From: Caloramator sp. E03
Lineage (GTDB): Bacteria; Bacillota; Clostridia; Clostridiales; Caloramatoraceae
Assembly: GCF_006016075.1 (NCBI RefSeq)
Contig: NZ_CP040093.1
Location: forward strand, 1,239,069-1,303,068
Reading direction: 5' to 3'
DNA length: 64,000 bases
The notes beneath the pieces were generated by a model. The model was not told where the DNA came from, did not search any database, and saw only the letters and a list, made by a program, of their open reading frames with translations. Of this stretch, positions 50,437 through 61,097 are shown one piece after another. Both the position numbers and the translations under genes were made by a program. Numbering within the stretch: position 1 is the first letter of the stretch; each line of letters opens with the position of its first letter.

Positions 50437-51189
50437 TTGAAACAAATACTTGGAAGGTTAAGACGTGCAGTTGAAGATTTTAATATGATACAGGATAACG
50501 ATAAAATAGCTGTTGGTCTATCTGGTGGTAAAGACAGTATGCTACTTTTATATGCTTTAAAGCTATATCAAAGGTTTTCACCACAAAAGTTTGATCTTTG
50601 TGCTATTACTGTAAATCTTGGATTCGATGGCTATAACCCATCCCCCCTCATTGACTTTTGTAAAGGCATCAATGTACCTTTAAATATAATAGATACTCAA
50701 ATTGGAAAGATAATTTTTGAAGTTAGGCAGGAAAAAAACCCTTGCTCTATTTGTGCAAATATGCGAAAAGGTGCACTTAATAATGCCGCAAAGGCAATGG
50801 GTTACAACAAAGTTGCATATGCTCATCACTCTGACGATGTTGTTGAAACCTTTTTAATGTCATTATTTTTTGAAGGAAGAATAAATACATTCTCCCCAGT
50901 TGTCCATTTAGATAAAAAGGACATTTATGTTATACGCCCCTTTGTGTATGTTGAAGAAATAGATATATACGGTGCAATTAAAAAGCTAAACCTTCAAATT
51001 GTAAAAAATCCTTGTCCTGCAAATGGGAATACTAAACGTCAATATTTTAAAGATTTTATAAAAGACATGAGACATGAAATACCTAATATTAAAGAAAACA
51101 TAATGGGTGCTATTAGTAATACCAAGCAAATAAACCTTTGGGATAAAGAAAAAATAAGAGAGATTTGCAAAAAAAATACTACTCAATAG
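50437..51189 (+). CDS. ttcA: PP-loop ATPase, tRNA 2-thiocytidine synthetase TtcA-like
   Basis: 250 aa, SGGKDS PP-loop, CxxC pairs (CSICANMR; CPANG); TTG start. Confidence 0.65.
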   Translation: MKQILGRLRRAVEDFNMIQDNDKIAVGLSGGKDSMLLLYALKLYQRFSPQKFDLCAITVNLGFDGYNPSPLIDFCKGINVPLNIIDTQIGKIIFEVRQEKNPCSICANMRKGALNNAAKAMGYNKVAYAHHSDDVVETFLMSLFFEGRINTFSPVVHLDKKDIYVIRPFVYVEEIDIYGAIKKLNLQIVKNPCPANGNTKRQYFKDFIKDMRHEIPNIKENIMGAISNTKQINLWDKEKIREICKKNTTQ

Positions 51190-51376
51190 GAATGTTTATT
51201 TCCTTCCCAAAATCATCAAATATGTATCCTGGACCCTCTGATAAATCATAGTTTACTACCTGCTCATATTCATTATTTAAAGTCTCAGGAACGTAAGAAT
51301 TTTTAAATGTCGTCATAGCAATAACTGTAATGAGAGTAATTATTACAACAAGACCACTTAAAAGTATTCGACGCAT
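51179..51376 (-). CDS. Small membrane-anchored hypothetical protein (65 aa)
   Basis: N-terminal TM (LLSGLVVIITLITVIAM) then acidic tail; convergent with ttcA, overlapping its stop by 11 nt. Confidence 0.3.
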   Translation of the reverse strand: MRRILLSGLVVIITLITVIAMTTFKNSYVPETLNNEYEQVVNYDLSEGPGYIFDDFGKEINIPIE

Positions 51377-51471
51377 TATATCCCTCCTATAGCTGATATT
51401 ATGCTATTTTTTGTAGATTTTATTCATTAATTTTTGTAATAAAATTAATATCCCCCATTGTATATATAAAC

Positions 51472-52032
51472 ATGGGGGTGAATTATTTGGGCAATCAAAA
51501 CTTAGATAGCCTCGGGCTCCGTGTAAATTATCTTGACAAAGATGCTTCTTTAACTCTTTCTAACTATTTATCTCAGTTTTTAAAAGAAGAAACTCTTATA
51601 GTCTGCATAGGTACAGATAAATGCATTGGAGATTGCCTTGGACCTTTAGTTGGAACTACTCTTAAAAAAAGCAATTTCCCTTATCCAGTAATAGGAACAC
51701 TTGATAATCCCGCTCATGCAATTAACCTTGAATCGATACTTATTAATATAAAGAAAAAATATCCAAATCATTTTGTAATTGCAATTGATGCATGCCTTGG
51801 TTTTGAAGAATGTATTGGTGATATTCAAGTTAAATTAGGGCCTGTTCATCCTGGTAAAGGGGTAGGTAAGTCCCTTCCCAATGTAGGCAATTTATCTATT
51901 GTTGGAGTAGTAGACAGTATAGATAATAGCGATCTGTTTCCAATTAGGAATACAAGGCTTAGTTTTATAATGAACATGGCTGAAGTAATAGCTACCAGCC
52001 TTCTAATGGCATGTAAAAAGCAAAACGGATAG
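51472..52032 (+). CDS. yyaC: Spore protease YyaC family (GPR-like)
   Basis: LIVCIGTDKCIGDCLGPLVGT motif characteristic of YyaC. Confidence 0.75.
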   Translation: MGVNYLGNQNLDSLGLRVNYLDKDASLTLSNYLSQFLKEETLIVCIGTDKCIGDCLGPLVGTTLKKSNFPYPVIGTLDNPAHAINLESILINIKKKYPNHFVIAIDACLGFEECIGDIQVKLGPVHPGKGVGKSLPNVGNLSIVGVVDSIDNSDLFPIRNTRLSFIMNMAEVIATSLLMACKKQNG

Positions 52033-52037
52033 CAATG

Positions 52038-52463
52038 CTATCCGTTTATGATTGCAAACATTACCTCTCCTTCAGCCGCAACCTTATCTTCAACTTTTGC
52101 TAAAACCCTTGCCTTGCCTATTCCTCTTTTCATAGCAATAAGCTCAGCTTCCATATAAAGAACATCCCCAGGTACAACCTGCTTTCTAAACCTTACGTTC
52201 TCAATACCTGCAAGTACAGCAAGTTTTCCCTCATTTTCCTTTGCAGATAAAATTGCTACGCCTCCAACCTGAGCCATAGCTTCAACTATAAGCACTCCCG
52301 GCATTATTGGATGCCCTGGGAAGTGCCCCTGAAAAAAAGGCTCGTTAATTGTAACGTTTTTTACTCCAACAGCTCTTTTCCCTTCCTCTATTTCAAGTAT
52401 CCTATCAACTAATAAAAATGGATACCTGTGAGGAAGTATCTTTTGTATGTCCACATTTTCCAT
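52038..52463 (-). CDS. fabZ: 3-hydroxyacyl-ACP dehydratase FabZ
   Basis: 141 aa, [14 protein letters not shown]...[13 protein letters not shown] hot-dog motifs. Confidence 0.9.
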   Translation of the reverse strand: MENVDIQKILPHRYPFLLVDRILEIEEGKRAVGVKNVTINEPFFQGHFPGHPIMPGVLIVEAMAQVGGVAILSAKENEGKLAVLAGIENVRFRKQVVPGDVLYMEAELIAMKRGIGKARVLAKVEDKVAAEGEVMFAIING

Positions 52464-52466
52464 ATA

Positions 52467-53006
52467 CTAATCCTCCAGTTTTATATTCCTTTTTAAAAGC
52501 ATTTTAATTATTATGATAGCTATTCCACCACCAATTAGTGCAGTTATTAATTGTGGAATTCCCATCATTACAACAAGCTTACTTGCTACTTTTTCGGGTA
52601 TGCTTATTTTAAATAAATATATAAGCTTTAGTGCTGAGAAGTATAAAAATAAATATTTTAAAACTGAACCTAATAAATATCCAAAAATCTGTCCCCATTT
52701 TTTATAATAACTTAAAACTCCAAAGGTTACAACATAAATTGCATTTCCTAAAGCAATAAATGGAATAAATGGAGCCATAGGCTGTGGTAACTGTCCTAAC
52801 ACCCATGCAGTTATGGGCGTTAAAACTCCAATTGCAACTCCCCACCATATACCACATGTAAAAGTTCCTATAAGAAGAATTGTATTTATTGCTGGTCCTA
52901 CAATAAATTGATTTATCTGGGGTATATTTCTGCCAATAGTTTGAAACACTATAGCAATTGCAAGTAAAAGACCGCTTCTGACGATACATTTTACATCTTC
53001 CTTCAT
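52467..53006 (-). CDS. Small polytopic membrane protein, possibly ECF-transporter S component
   Basis: 179 aa, 5-6 TM, no soluble domain. Confidence 0.4.
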   Translation of the reverse strand: MKEDVKCIVRSGLLLAIAIVFQTIGRNIPQINQFIVGPAINTILLIGTFTCGIWWGVAIGVLTPITAWVLGQLPQPMAPFIPFIALGNAIYVVTFGVLSYYKKWGQIFGYLLGSVLKYLFLYFSALKLIYLFKISIPEKVASKLVVMMGIPQLITALIGGGIAIIIIKMLLKRNIKLED

Positions 53007-53066
53007 TTAAATCCCCCCAAAAAATAATTATTATTAAAAGCTGCCCCTATTAATTAGGGGAAGCTT

Positions 53067-54059
53067 TTAATAACCTGCAGCAGTAAGATCTTCAAGCTTA
53101 TCAAGATTTTCTAAGGATTTGCCCGTACCAAGTGCTACACAAGATACCGCATCATCAGCCACCCTTACCGGAACGTAAGTTCTTGATTCTATAAACTTAT
53201 CAAGCCCCCATAGTAATGATCCTCCTCCTGTCATAACAATCCCTTTTTCGCTAACATCAGCTGCAAGCTCTGGAGGAGTTTTCTCAAGTACAGAATGGAT
53301 GCAGTCTGCAATAGCATTAATAGGTTCTTCAAGGGCATGCCTTATTTCTTCCGATGTAACTATAATGTTTTTAGGAAGACCGCTTACAAGGTCCCTCCCT
53401 TTTATCTCCATTGAAAGATCTTCATCACGTTTAAAGGCACATCCTATACCTATTTTGATATCCTCAGCTGTTCTCTCACCTATCATCATTTTATGCTCTT
53501 TTCTTATGTATCTTATAATAGCCTCATCAAACTTATCTCCTGCAATCTTTAAAGAGGATCTTACTACCATTCCACCAAGAGAAATTACAGCAACATCTGT
53601 TGTCCCGCCGCCAATATCTACTATCATACATCCACTTGGTTTTGATATATCAAGCCCTGCTCCTATCGCTGCTGCAACAGGCTCTTCTATAAGATATACC
53701 TTTCTTGCTCCAGCATTTAAAGCTGCATCCCTAACAGCTCTTCTTTCAACTTCAGTTGCCTCGCAAGGAATACAAACTACAACTCTGGGCTTTCCCCATC
53801 CTCTGGAGCCATAAGCTTTTTTTATAAAATATTTTAACATCTTTTCAGTAGAATCATAATCTGATATAACTCCATCCCTTAAAGGTCTTTTAGCAATGAT
53901 ATTTCCTGGAGTTCTTCCTATCATCTGCCTTGCTTCCTCACCTACAGCAAGCACCCTATTTGTACTGTTATCTAAAGCTACAACCGAGGGTTCCTTTAAA
54001 ACAACACCCTTACCCTTTATAAATACAAGGATGGTTGCAGTCCCTAAATCTATACCCAT
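53067..54059 (-). CDS. mbl: Actin-like rod-shape protein MreB/Mbl
   Basis: MGIDLGTATILV phosphate-1 motif, GGGTTD motif; sits after spoIIID as mbl does in Bacilli/Clostridia; start taken at second Met (MGIDLG) by offset from the track coordinate. By count on the printed sequence this second Met falls at 54057, 2 nt lower. Confidence 0.85.
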   Translation of the reverse strand: MGIDLGTATILVFIKGKGVVLKEPSVVALDNSTNRVLAVGEEARQMIGRTPGNIIAKRPLRDGVISDYDSTEKMLKYFIKKAYGSRGWGKPRVVVCIPCEATEVERRAVRDAALNAGARKVYLIEEPVAAAIGAGLDISKPSGCMIVDIGGGTTDVAVISLGGMVVRSSLKIAGDKFDEAIIRYIRKEHKMMIGERTAEDIKIGIGCAFKRDEDLSMEIKGRDLVSGLPKNIIVTSEEIRHALEEPINAIADCIHSVLEKTPPELAADVSEKGIVMTGGGSLLWGLDKFIESRTYVPVRVADDAVSCVALGTGKSLENLDKLEDLTAAGY

Positions 54060-54185
54060 GTCACTATTAATGCTAAACAATCCCATATTTTCACTCCCTA
54101 CCTATTGCATTATACTTTATATTTCTATAAAATTTGTCAAATTCCTTCTTTTTTTCAAGATAATTTAGCAGGGAGCAATTATTTT

Positions 54186-54440
54186 TCACTCATTGACTGA
54201 TTTATATTTCATTTTTGTTGCTCTTCCACCCCTAATATGCCTTTCAGCTTTGTTTATATCAAGAATTTTCTTTGCTTCCTTTGCAATTTGAGGGTTTATT
54301 TTAGGTAATCTTTCCGTAATATCCTTGTGTATAGTACTCTTACTAACACCGAACATTTTTGCTGTTTTCCTAATAGTTGATTTTGAGTCAATTATATAGT
54401 TTGCTACTTCAAGTACCCTTTCCTCAATATAGTCCTTCAA
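54186..54440 (-). CDS. spoIIID: Stage III sporulation transcription factor SpoIIID
   Basis: HTH FGVSKSTIHKDITERLP and C-terminal RHIRGGRATK nearly identical in pattern to B. subtilis SpoIIID; likely TTG start at 54440 preceded by aaggagg. Confidence 0.85.
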   Translation of the reverse strand: MKDYIEERVLEVANYIIDSKSTIRKTAKMFGVSKSTIHKDITERLPKINPQIAKEAKKILDINKAERHIRGGRATKMKYKSVNE

Positions 54441-54589
54441 TTGTTGTACCTCCTTCAAATGCTTCTTTTTAAATAATATGTTGATTTAAAGCCTTTTATA
54501 ATAAAAAATATAAAACAATTCAAAAAAAGAGTGCTTGACAAACTTCCCCTAAGGCAAGCCTGCAAGCCCCTGTATTTTCTAACAATAAC

Positions 54590-55393
54590 TCACTGCAAAA
54601 AATCCTGTGGATTTACTGTTATATAATCTTTTCCAGATTTTTTAAGTACAATGAAATGCAGGTGGCTTCCCTCTACAGCAACAGATTCTCTTACAGCTGT
54701 ATCACCAACAACTCCTATTACCTGCCCTTTTTTAACGCTATCACCTTTCTTTACTTTTACCTCAGGGTCAAGGTTACAATATACTGTTCTAAGTCCGTTT
54801 CCATGATCAATTATTACTTTGAATCCATATCCGGGTTTTATGCCTTGTATTAATGTATCATCATTCAAAACATCTACAACCTTACCACTATCTGCTGCTT
54901 TTACCTCAGTACCAAGATCACATGCAATATCTATACCTTCATGGGTTTCCCATTGCTGCATAGTATTTGAGAACTGAAGATTTTCTTTATCAAACTTTTT
55001 AACTATCTCACCTTGAACAGGCATCTCTAATTTTAGTGCTATTGAAGAGGTAACAGATTTACTGGGTTCACTCTTTTTATTAGTACTATTAGTAGTTTTA
55101 TCGGTTGTAGTAGTTTTTTGTGATGTAACAGAGTTTTTATCTTGCTGTTGCATAACAGGAGTTTCATTAGTTGGCTCTTCTTCTACATATTTAGGCTCTG
55201 AAGTATCCGGCTGTTGTAATTGTTGCTGAGTTTTTTCTTGAACCTGCGCATTTTTTCTCGCCGTAGATCCATTATTTTTTGATATGTATACAGCGGTTAC
55301 GGCAACAATACAAAGACATATAAATAAGATGACGTAAAATCCTTCCCGGTCGAAAAGTTTTGATGATTTTTTAAATAGGTTTTTAATTCCCAT
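54590..55393 (-). CDS. spoIIQ: M23/LytM-family peptidase with N-terminal TM and Ser/Thr/Gln-rich linker; SpoIIQ-like by position
   Basis: C-terminal M23 domain retaining HxxxD and HLHF zinc ligands; located between spoIID and spoIIID; start at ATG 55393 after ggaggtg. Confidence 0.6.
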   Translation of the reverse strand: MGIKNLFKKSSKLFDREGFYVILFICLCIVAVTAVYISKNNGSTARKNAQVQEKTQQQLQQPDTSEPKYVEEEPTNETPVMQQQDKNSVTSQKTTTTDKTTNSTNKKSEPSKSVTSSIALKLEMPVQGEIVKKFDKENLQFSNTMQQWETHEGIDIACDLGTEVKAADSGKVVDVLNDDTLIQGIKPGYGFKVIIDHGNGLRTVYCNLDPEVKVKKGDSVKKGQVIGVVGDTAVRESVAVEGSHLHFIVLKKSGKDYITVNPQDFLQ

Positions 55394-55519
55394 ATCACGC
55401 ACCTCCATTTTATAGTTTGTCCAGAATATGGAATATAATACATGGATGTTTAAAAATATTATTAATTTTTTTGAAAAAATTAAAAAATAAAGCATCCTAC
55501 ATTTGTAAGATGCTCAATT

Positions 55520-56575
55520 TTATTCTTTTTTATTCTTCAAAATGTCATTTATTTTAACGATTTCTATTCCAGAATAGTAATGTTTTAATATTTCATCATA
55601 TTTTTTCCCCCTTTTTCCCATTTCATTTGCTCCCCATTGACTCATCCCAACTCCATGACCATTGCCTTTAACTGTAAATGTTACATTTTTTGAATCTATA
55701 GAAATTGAAAAGTTTGTTGAATTAAGCCCCATAGCCCATCTTATATCAACCCCACTAAAAGTTTTATCCCCAACCTTTAAAGTCTTTACTCTCCCCCCTT
55801 GTGTGTAATCAAGTACCTTTACCTGGGTTGCAAGGCTGCTACTTGATATATTTGTTTTAGGGTTTAGCTGCTTTATTCTTTTTATAAACTCATCCCTTTT
55901 CATAACAACTTTTGATTGAAAGCTTGGAGATTCTTCTTCATTAGGGCTTTCTACACTAACTAAATATGGAACATCATATCCAAAAACCTCTTTACAATTT
56001 TCAGTTCTCCCTCCACTTGTTGAGTGAAACAATATATTCTTAGCCAGTTCACCTTTATATGACAAAACCATATCTTTCGTATCTTCAACTGCCTTGCTTA
56101 TCTTGTTCCAATTAGCTTGTGCTTCCTTAGGATCCCAGTTCTTAAACCTTTCTTCCTTAGACATCCATGCCTGACAATGAACTTCACTACATACATCAGC
56201 ATTAGGATGTTTGGAACATCCCCCTCCACCATATTTAGTCAAATGGGAGTATGCAAAGGTTCTTGCTGCAATCGCCTGAGCCTTTAGAGCCTCTTCATTA
56301 AAAGATGCAGGCATTTCAGCAGCAATTACACCCCTTAAGTAATCTTCAATATACATTTCAACGATTTTATTTTCATCTTCAACAAATACTTTAATTTTTA
56401 CTCCCCCATTGTTATCACTATATTTAGTATCCTGAGGAACATTATCAATATAGCTTGAAAGCCTATTAATTACTCCAGGTATTTTTATTCCTGAGCCGAT
56501 ACCACCAAGTATAACTATGGGAAGCATTATCATTAAAAAGATAGTAATCAATACATAGTAACCAATTTTTTTCAT
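55520..56575 (-). CDS. spoIID: Stage II sporulation lytic transglycosylase SpoIID
   Basis: 351 aa, N-terminal TM, SpoIID domain; between murA and spoIIQ-like gene. Confidence 0.85.
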   Translation of the reverse strand: MKKIGYYVLITIFLMIMLPIVILGGIGSGIKIPGVINRLSSYIDNVPQDTKYSDNNGGVKIKVFVEDENKIVEMYIEDYLRGVIAAEMPASFNEEALKAQAIAARTFAYSHLTKYGGGGCSKHPNADVCSEVHCQAWMSKEERFKNWDPKEAQANWNKISKAVEDTKDMVLSYKGELAKNILFHSTSGGRTENCKEVFGYDVPYLVSVESPNEEESPSFQSKVVMKRDEFIKRIKQLNPKTNISSSSLATQVKVLDYTQGGRVKTLKVGDKTFSGVDIRWAMGLNSTNFSISIDSKNVTFTVKGNGHGVGMSQWGANEMGKRGKKYDEILKHYYSGIEIVKINDILKNKKE

Positions 56576-56671
56576 TTGCTCCCCCCTTCCAAATAGAGGA
56601 CAGTTCTCAATAAAATTTTATTATAAACTGTACAAAATTATGAAAAAATTTATTTGCAAGAATTATTTTAT

Positions 56672-56712
56672 GTAAAAAGGCTGTATTAAAACACTAATAC
56701 AGCCTTTTTACA
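56672..56712 (-). terminator. Intrinsic terminator after murA (aggctgtatta...taatacagcct)
   Basis: 11-bp perfect stem + T-run. Confidence 0.65.
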
Positions 56713-56715
56713 TAT

Positions 56716-57978
56716 TTATTCTTTTTGTATTCTTTGAATGTTAGCTCCAAGGGATTGCATCTTCTCAACTATATTTACATAACCTCTATCAAGATGGTGA
56801 ACCTCACATATTTCTGTTTTACCCTCTGCAACAAGTCCCGCAAGGACAAGAGCTGCCCCAGCCCTTAAATCTGTTGCCTTAACCTGTGCGCCAGTTAGTT
56901 TTGCTGTGCCCTCAACAACAGCACTTCTTCCATCTATTTTAATATTTGCTCCCATCCTTTTAAGCTCTGTAACATGCATAAATCTGTTTTCAAATACAGT
57001 TTCTGTTATTATTGATGTACCTTTAGCAATACTCATAAGGGCCATAAACTGTGCCTGCATATCTGTTGGAAATCCAGGATAAGGCATTGTCTTTATATCT
57101 ACTGCCTTTGGAACACCATTTGCTACAACCTTAACCTTGTTTTGCTCCTCAATTACAGTAACTCCCGCTTCTTGAAGTTTTGCTATTACAGGCCTTATAT
57201 GTTCCAAAATAACATTTTCAACTACAACACTTCCTTGAGTTATTGCAGCTGCAACCATATAGGTTCCTGCTTCTATTCTATCAGGAATCACCTGATGGGT
57301 TGTTCCCTTCAGTTCCTTAACTCCTATAATTCTTATTGTATCAGTCCCAGCACCTATTATATTAGCACCCATACTATTTAAAAAATTAGATAAATCCACT
57401 ACTTCAGGCTCCTCGGCAGCATTTTCTATTATTGTTTCCCCTTGGGCAAGTACTGCTGCCATCATTATATTTTCTGTTGCACCAACTGATGGAAAGTCAA
57501 GATAAATTTTAGCACCTTTTAATTTATTACAATAGGCTTCAACATATCCATGCCCTAATCGTACATCAGCTCCTAATGCACAAAAGCCTTTTAGATGTAA
57601 ATCGATTGGGCGTGTACCAATATTACATCCTCCCGGCAAAGATATCCTGCACCTTCCAAATCTTGAAAGTAAAGGTCCAATAACAAGAAAAGATGCTCTC
57701 ATCTTTCTAACAAGCTCATAAGGTGGCTCTATTGATGTTATATTATCTGCTTTTATAGATATCCTATTTGATTTTTTATTTAAACTTATATTTGCACCTA
57801 CAGAATTTAAAACATCACATATTACATAAACATCATCAAGGAAAGGAATATCTTCTAATTTACATTCAAAAGGACATAATAGGGATGCTGCAATGATTGG
57901 TAAAACTGAATTTTTGGCTGCACTAATCTTAACTTTTCCAGTTAATTTGCTACCACCTGAAATTATTATACTGTCCAT
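56716..57978 (-). CDS. murA: UDP-N-acetylglucosamine 1-carboxyvinyltransferase
   Basis: 420 aa, EPSP-synthase fold, active-site Cys in [15 protein letters not shown]. Confidence 0.95.
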   Translation of the reverse strand: MDSIIISGGSKLTGKVKISAAKNSVLPIIAASLLCPFECKLEDIPFLDDVYVICDVLNSVGANISLNKKSNRISIKADNITSIEPPYELVRKMRASFLVIGPLLSRFGRCRISLPGGCNIGTRPIDLHLKGFCALGADVRLGHGYVEAYCNKLKGAKIYLDFPSVGATENIMMAAVLAQGETIIENAAEEPEVVDLSNFLNSMGANIIGAGTDTIRIIGVKELKGTTHQVIPDRIEAGTYMVAAAITQGSVVVENVILEHIRPVIAKLQEAGVTVIEEQNKVKVVANGVPKAVDIKTMPYPGFPTDMQAQFMALMSIAKGTSIITETVFENRFMHVTELKRMGANIKIDGRSAVVEGTAKLTGAQVKATDLRAGAALVLAGLVAEGKTEICEVHHLDRGYVNIVEKMQSLGANIQRIQKE

Positions 57979-57996
57979 ATTAATCCTCCATTCATT

Positions 57997-58692
57997 CTAA
58001 TACTCTGCATTTATAACTGGGGTTCCTATAAATATGTATGTGCAGCCCTCCGTTTTACTAAATCTTAAGGCAACATTAATATTAAAATCCTGCCCATTCA
58101 CTTCTACTTTATCTTTAATATATGGAGAATATCCATAAAAACTAACAAGAGTTCTATCCTCCATTTTATCTATTAACTTAGCTTTGCTGCTTATAATCGT
58201 TTTTTGTGCTATTTCCTTCATTTCTTCATTTCCCATACTTTTTTTAAATTTTCCTTCTATTAAAGAACAAAAGGAGGGCTCTATACCGTATATAGAAAAG
58301 CAGTTATTAATAGTCCTCCTAATAATATTAATATTCATAATGCCGTCATATTGTGATTGGGTTAAACATACATATATTTCATCATTTTTATACTTATATG
58401 CTCTTATATTAATTGAAGATTTGTTATCGGTAAAAGACAGTTCAGAAAAGTTTCCATCTGTTTTAAGAGTATATTTACTATCTTGTTTTATTGAATTATA
58501 CATTTTATTAATAACATCTATAGGTTCATCACTTGTTTTTATTATTCCTTTTCCTTCTACAGTTAAAGCAATAAAATCTGCATCTGTAGATTCGAAACAT
58601 TTTTTCAATGCTGAATATCCATAGACCTGACTATTATAGCCTATATTTAATAACAAGAAGGATATTAAACAAATAATTGCCCATTTTTTCAT
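57997..58692 (-). CDS. ywmB: YwmB-family protein (DUF1779), secreted/lipoprotein-like
   Basis: 231 aa, signal peptide, positioned upstream of murA as ywmB is in B. subtilis. Confidence 0.55.
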   Translation of the reverse strand: MKKWAIICLISFLLLNIGYNSQVYGYSALKKCFESTDADFIALTVEGKGIIKTSDEPIDVINKMYNSIKQDSKYTLKTDGNFSELSFTDNKSSINIRAYKYKNDEIYVCLTQSQYDGIMNINIIRRTINNCFSIYGIEPSFCSLIEGKFKKSMGNEEMKEIAQKTIISSKAKLIDKMEDRTLVSFYGYSPYIKDKVEVNGQDFNINVALRFSKTEGCTYIFIGTPVINAEY

Positions 58693-58790
58693 ACCATAAC
58701 CTCCCTTCTATTCTAATTGTTAACATATTCCTTTTAAATTATTCTTATGTATTATTATTTTTCCCACAAAAAAAAGAAGTAAACTTACGC

Positions 58791-59951
58791 TTACTTCTTT
58801 AAAGGATAAAAATCCTGTGGCTTTTGATTTATTATTCCATAATGATAAAGTATTGCCTCTACAATTCTTTCAGAGGCTTTTCCATCTCCATAAGGATTTA
58901 TAGAATATGCCATTTTATTATAAGCATTTTCATCTGATAAAAGAATAGAAATTTCTCTTATAATGTCATCCTTTTGTGTACCTATAACTTTTACTGTTCC
59001 AGCTTCAACAGCTTCAGGGCGCTCCGTTACATCTCTTAGCACTAAAACAGGTTTGCCAAGATGGGGTGCTTCCTCTTGGAGTCCTCCTGAATCAGTTAAT
59101 ACAAAATGGCATTTATTCATAAGATTATGGGTTTCTTTTGTATCAAGAGGAGGTAAAAGATGTACATTATTTACATTTCCAAGTATACCATAAACAGTAT
59201 CTTTAACAACAGGATTTAGATGGACAAGATATATGAATTCTACATCCTTAAACCTTTCTGCTATTTCTTTAACTGCGCTACAAATATTTTCAAGTGGCTT
59301 ACCCCAGTTTTCCCTTCTGTGAGCAGTCATCATTATAACTTTTTTATTATTATAATCTATTTTATTAAGTTTTTTAGTTTCAAATACATAATCTTTCTTT
59401 ACAGTTGATTCCATTGCATCTATAACAGTATTCCCAGTTATAAAAATATCTTCTTCATTAATTCCTTCCCTCAAAAGGTTTTGTTTTGCCTTTAGAGTTG
59501 GTGCAAAATGCAAATCTGCCAAGGCTCCTGTAAGTTTTCTATTCATCTCTTCAGGATAAGGAAAATATTTATTAAAAGTTCTAAGCCCAGCTTCAACATG
59601 GCCAACTTTAACCTTGTTATAAAACGCTGCAAGGCTTCCTGCAAAGGTTGTGGTTGTATCACCATGAACAAGCATTATATCAGGCTTTACTTTTATTATT
59701 ATATCTTCGAGCCTTTCAAGAACCTTATTTGTTATTCCAGAAAGTGTTTGCTTCTCTTGCATTATATTAAGATCAAAATCAGGCTTTATTTTAAAATATT
59801 CAAGAACCTGATCAAGCATCTGCCTGTGCTGTGCCGTAACACATACTATGGAATCAATATATTCATTTTCTTCAAGCTTTTTAATAAGTGGAGCCATCTT
59901 TATAGCTTCAGGCCTTGTTCCAAAAACAGTCATAACCTTTATTTTATCCAC
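58791..59951 (-). CDS. mnaA: UDP-N-acetylglucosamine 2-epimerase (non-hydrolysing)
   Basis: 386 aa; MKVMTVFGTRPEAIKMAPL, HVEAGLRT motifs. Confidence 0.9.
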   Translation of the reverse strand: MDKIKVMTVFGTRPEAIKMAPLIKKLEENEYIDSIVCVTAQHRQMLDQVLEYFKIKPDFDLNIMQEKQTLSGITNKVLERLEDIIIKVKPDIMLVHGDTTTTFAGSLAAFYNKVKVGHVEAGLRTFNKYFPYPEEMNRKLTGALADLHFAPTLKAKQNLLREGINEEDIFITGNTVIDAMESTVKKDYVFETKKLNKIDYNNKKVIMMTAHRRENWGKPLENICSAVKEIAERFKDVEFIYLVHLNPVVKDTVYGILGNVNNVHLLPPLDTKETHNLMNKCHFVLTDSGGLQEEAPHLGKPVLVLRDVTERPEAVEAGTVKVIGTQKDDIIREISILLSDENAYNKMAYSINPYGDGKASERIVEAILYHYGIINQKPQDFYPLKK

Positions 59952-59965
59952 ATTATCACCTCACA

Positions 59966-61027
59966 TCAATTCTTACTTTTTCTGCTAAAAAGTCCTATTT
60001 CAATTCCAAAAGCAAGGGTTATTGAACATACTACAATCAAAAGAGCAAAGGATTTTTTTGCAGTAAGCATCATAGCAAGTAGAGCAGTAGTACCAAGTAT
60101 AACACTTATCGAATACATTATAAATACAACTTGTCTTTGACTAAAGCCCATATCAAGAAGTCTATGATGTAAATGCCCTCTATCTGCCTCCATAATAGGC
60201 TTATTATTTATTTTTCTTCTTATCATAGCAAACAATGTATCATATATAGGAATACCAAGAGCTAAAATTGGAACTGCAACAACAACTGCTGCTGCAGATT
60301 TAATAGCCCCTTGTATAGATATTGCAGCAAGGGCAAATCCTAAAAACTGAGAACCTGTGTCTCCCATGAATATTTTTGCAGGATTAAAGTTATATGGCAA
60401 AAAACCAATGCAACTTCCAGCAAGAGCTGCTGTAAGTAAAACCGCAATATATCTACCACTTATTAATGAAACCCCAAACAAAGTAAGAGAAGATATAAAG
60501 CATATACCACAAGCTAATCCGTCAAGCCCATCAATAAGATTAATTGCATTAGTGATTCCAACAACCCATAATATAGTTATAGGTATTCCAAAATATCCTA
60601 TATAGATATATCCATCTCCAGGTAAAAAGGGAACCGTAATACAGCTTACGTTAATTCCAAAGGCTATAAGTAAAAAAGCTGCTAAAACTTGAAAGGCTAA
60701 CTTTTGCAATGGCTTTACAGGTCTTATATCATCAATCATTCCTCCGATTACTAAAAGTAAACTTCCTAAAACAATACCTATAACACTTTTATTAAACCTT
60801 GAAAAACAAAGGGCTGAAATCACAAAGGATAAAAATATTGCAAGTCCTCCCATCCTTGGTATAGGAGTCTTGTGAATCCTTCTATCATCCTTTGGAACAT
60901 CAATAGCATTTATATTTATCGCAAACTTTTTAACTAATGGAGTAATTAAAAAGGAGAGGAGAGCTGACAAAATAAATATTCCCCCGTACCTTATCATCTT
61001 TTCACATCCTTGGTAAAAACTATACAA
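59966..61027 (-). CDS. tagO: Undecaprenyl-phosphate GlcNAc-1-phosphate transferase (TagO/WecA, MraY family)
   Basis: 353 aa, 10-11 TM, MraY/WecA signatures. Confidence 0.85.
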   Translation of the reverse strand: MYSFYQGCEKMIRYGGIFILSALLSFLITPLVKKFAININAIDVPKDDRRIHKTPIPRMGGLAIFLSFVISALCFSRFNKSVIGIVLGSLLLVIGGMIDDIRPVKPLQKLAFQVLAAFLLIAFGINVSCITVPFLPGDGYIYIGYFGIPITILWVVGITNAINLIDGLDGLACGICFISSLTLFGVSLISGRYIAVLLTAALAGSCIGFLPYNFNPAKIFMGDTGSQFLGFALAAISIQGAIKSAAAVVVAVPILALGIPIYDTLFAMIRRKINNKPIMEADRGHLHHRLLDMGFSQRQVVFIMYSISVILGTTALLAMMLTAKKSFALLIVVCSITLAFGIEIGLFSRKSKN

Positions 61028-61072
61028 ACTAATTTTATCATATAAAAACTACATTTACATCTTCATTTTATA

Positions 61073-61097
61073 AAAAAAGCTGTGATATCACAGCTTT
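61073..61097 (-). terminator. Intrinsic terminator (aagctgtgatatcacagctt) + T-run
   Basis: Perfect palindrome overlapping comEB stop. Confidence 0.65.

Noticed and set aside
53299-54168. 171-aa and 90-aa plus-strand ORFs across mbl
   Set aside because: Antisense to a near-certain MreB/Mbl gene; the product is low-complexity.
59508-60140. 210-aa plus-strand ORF spanning the mnaA/tagO junction
   Set aside because: Antisense to two strongly supported genes; Lys/Ile/Phe-rich AT-codon artefact; crosses an intergenic terminator-less gap only by chance.
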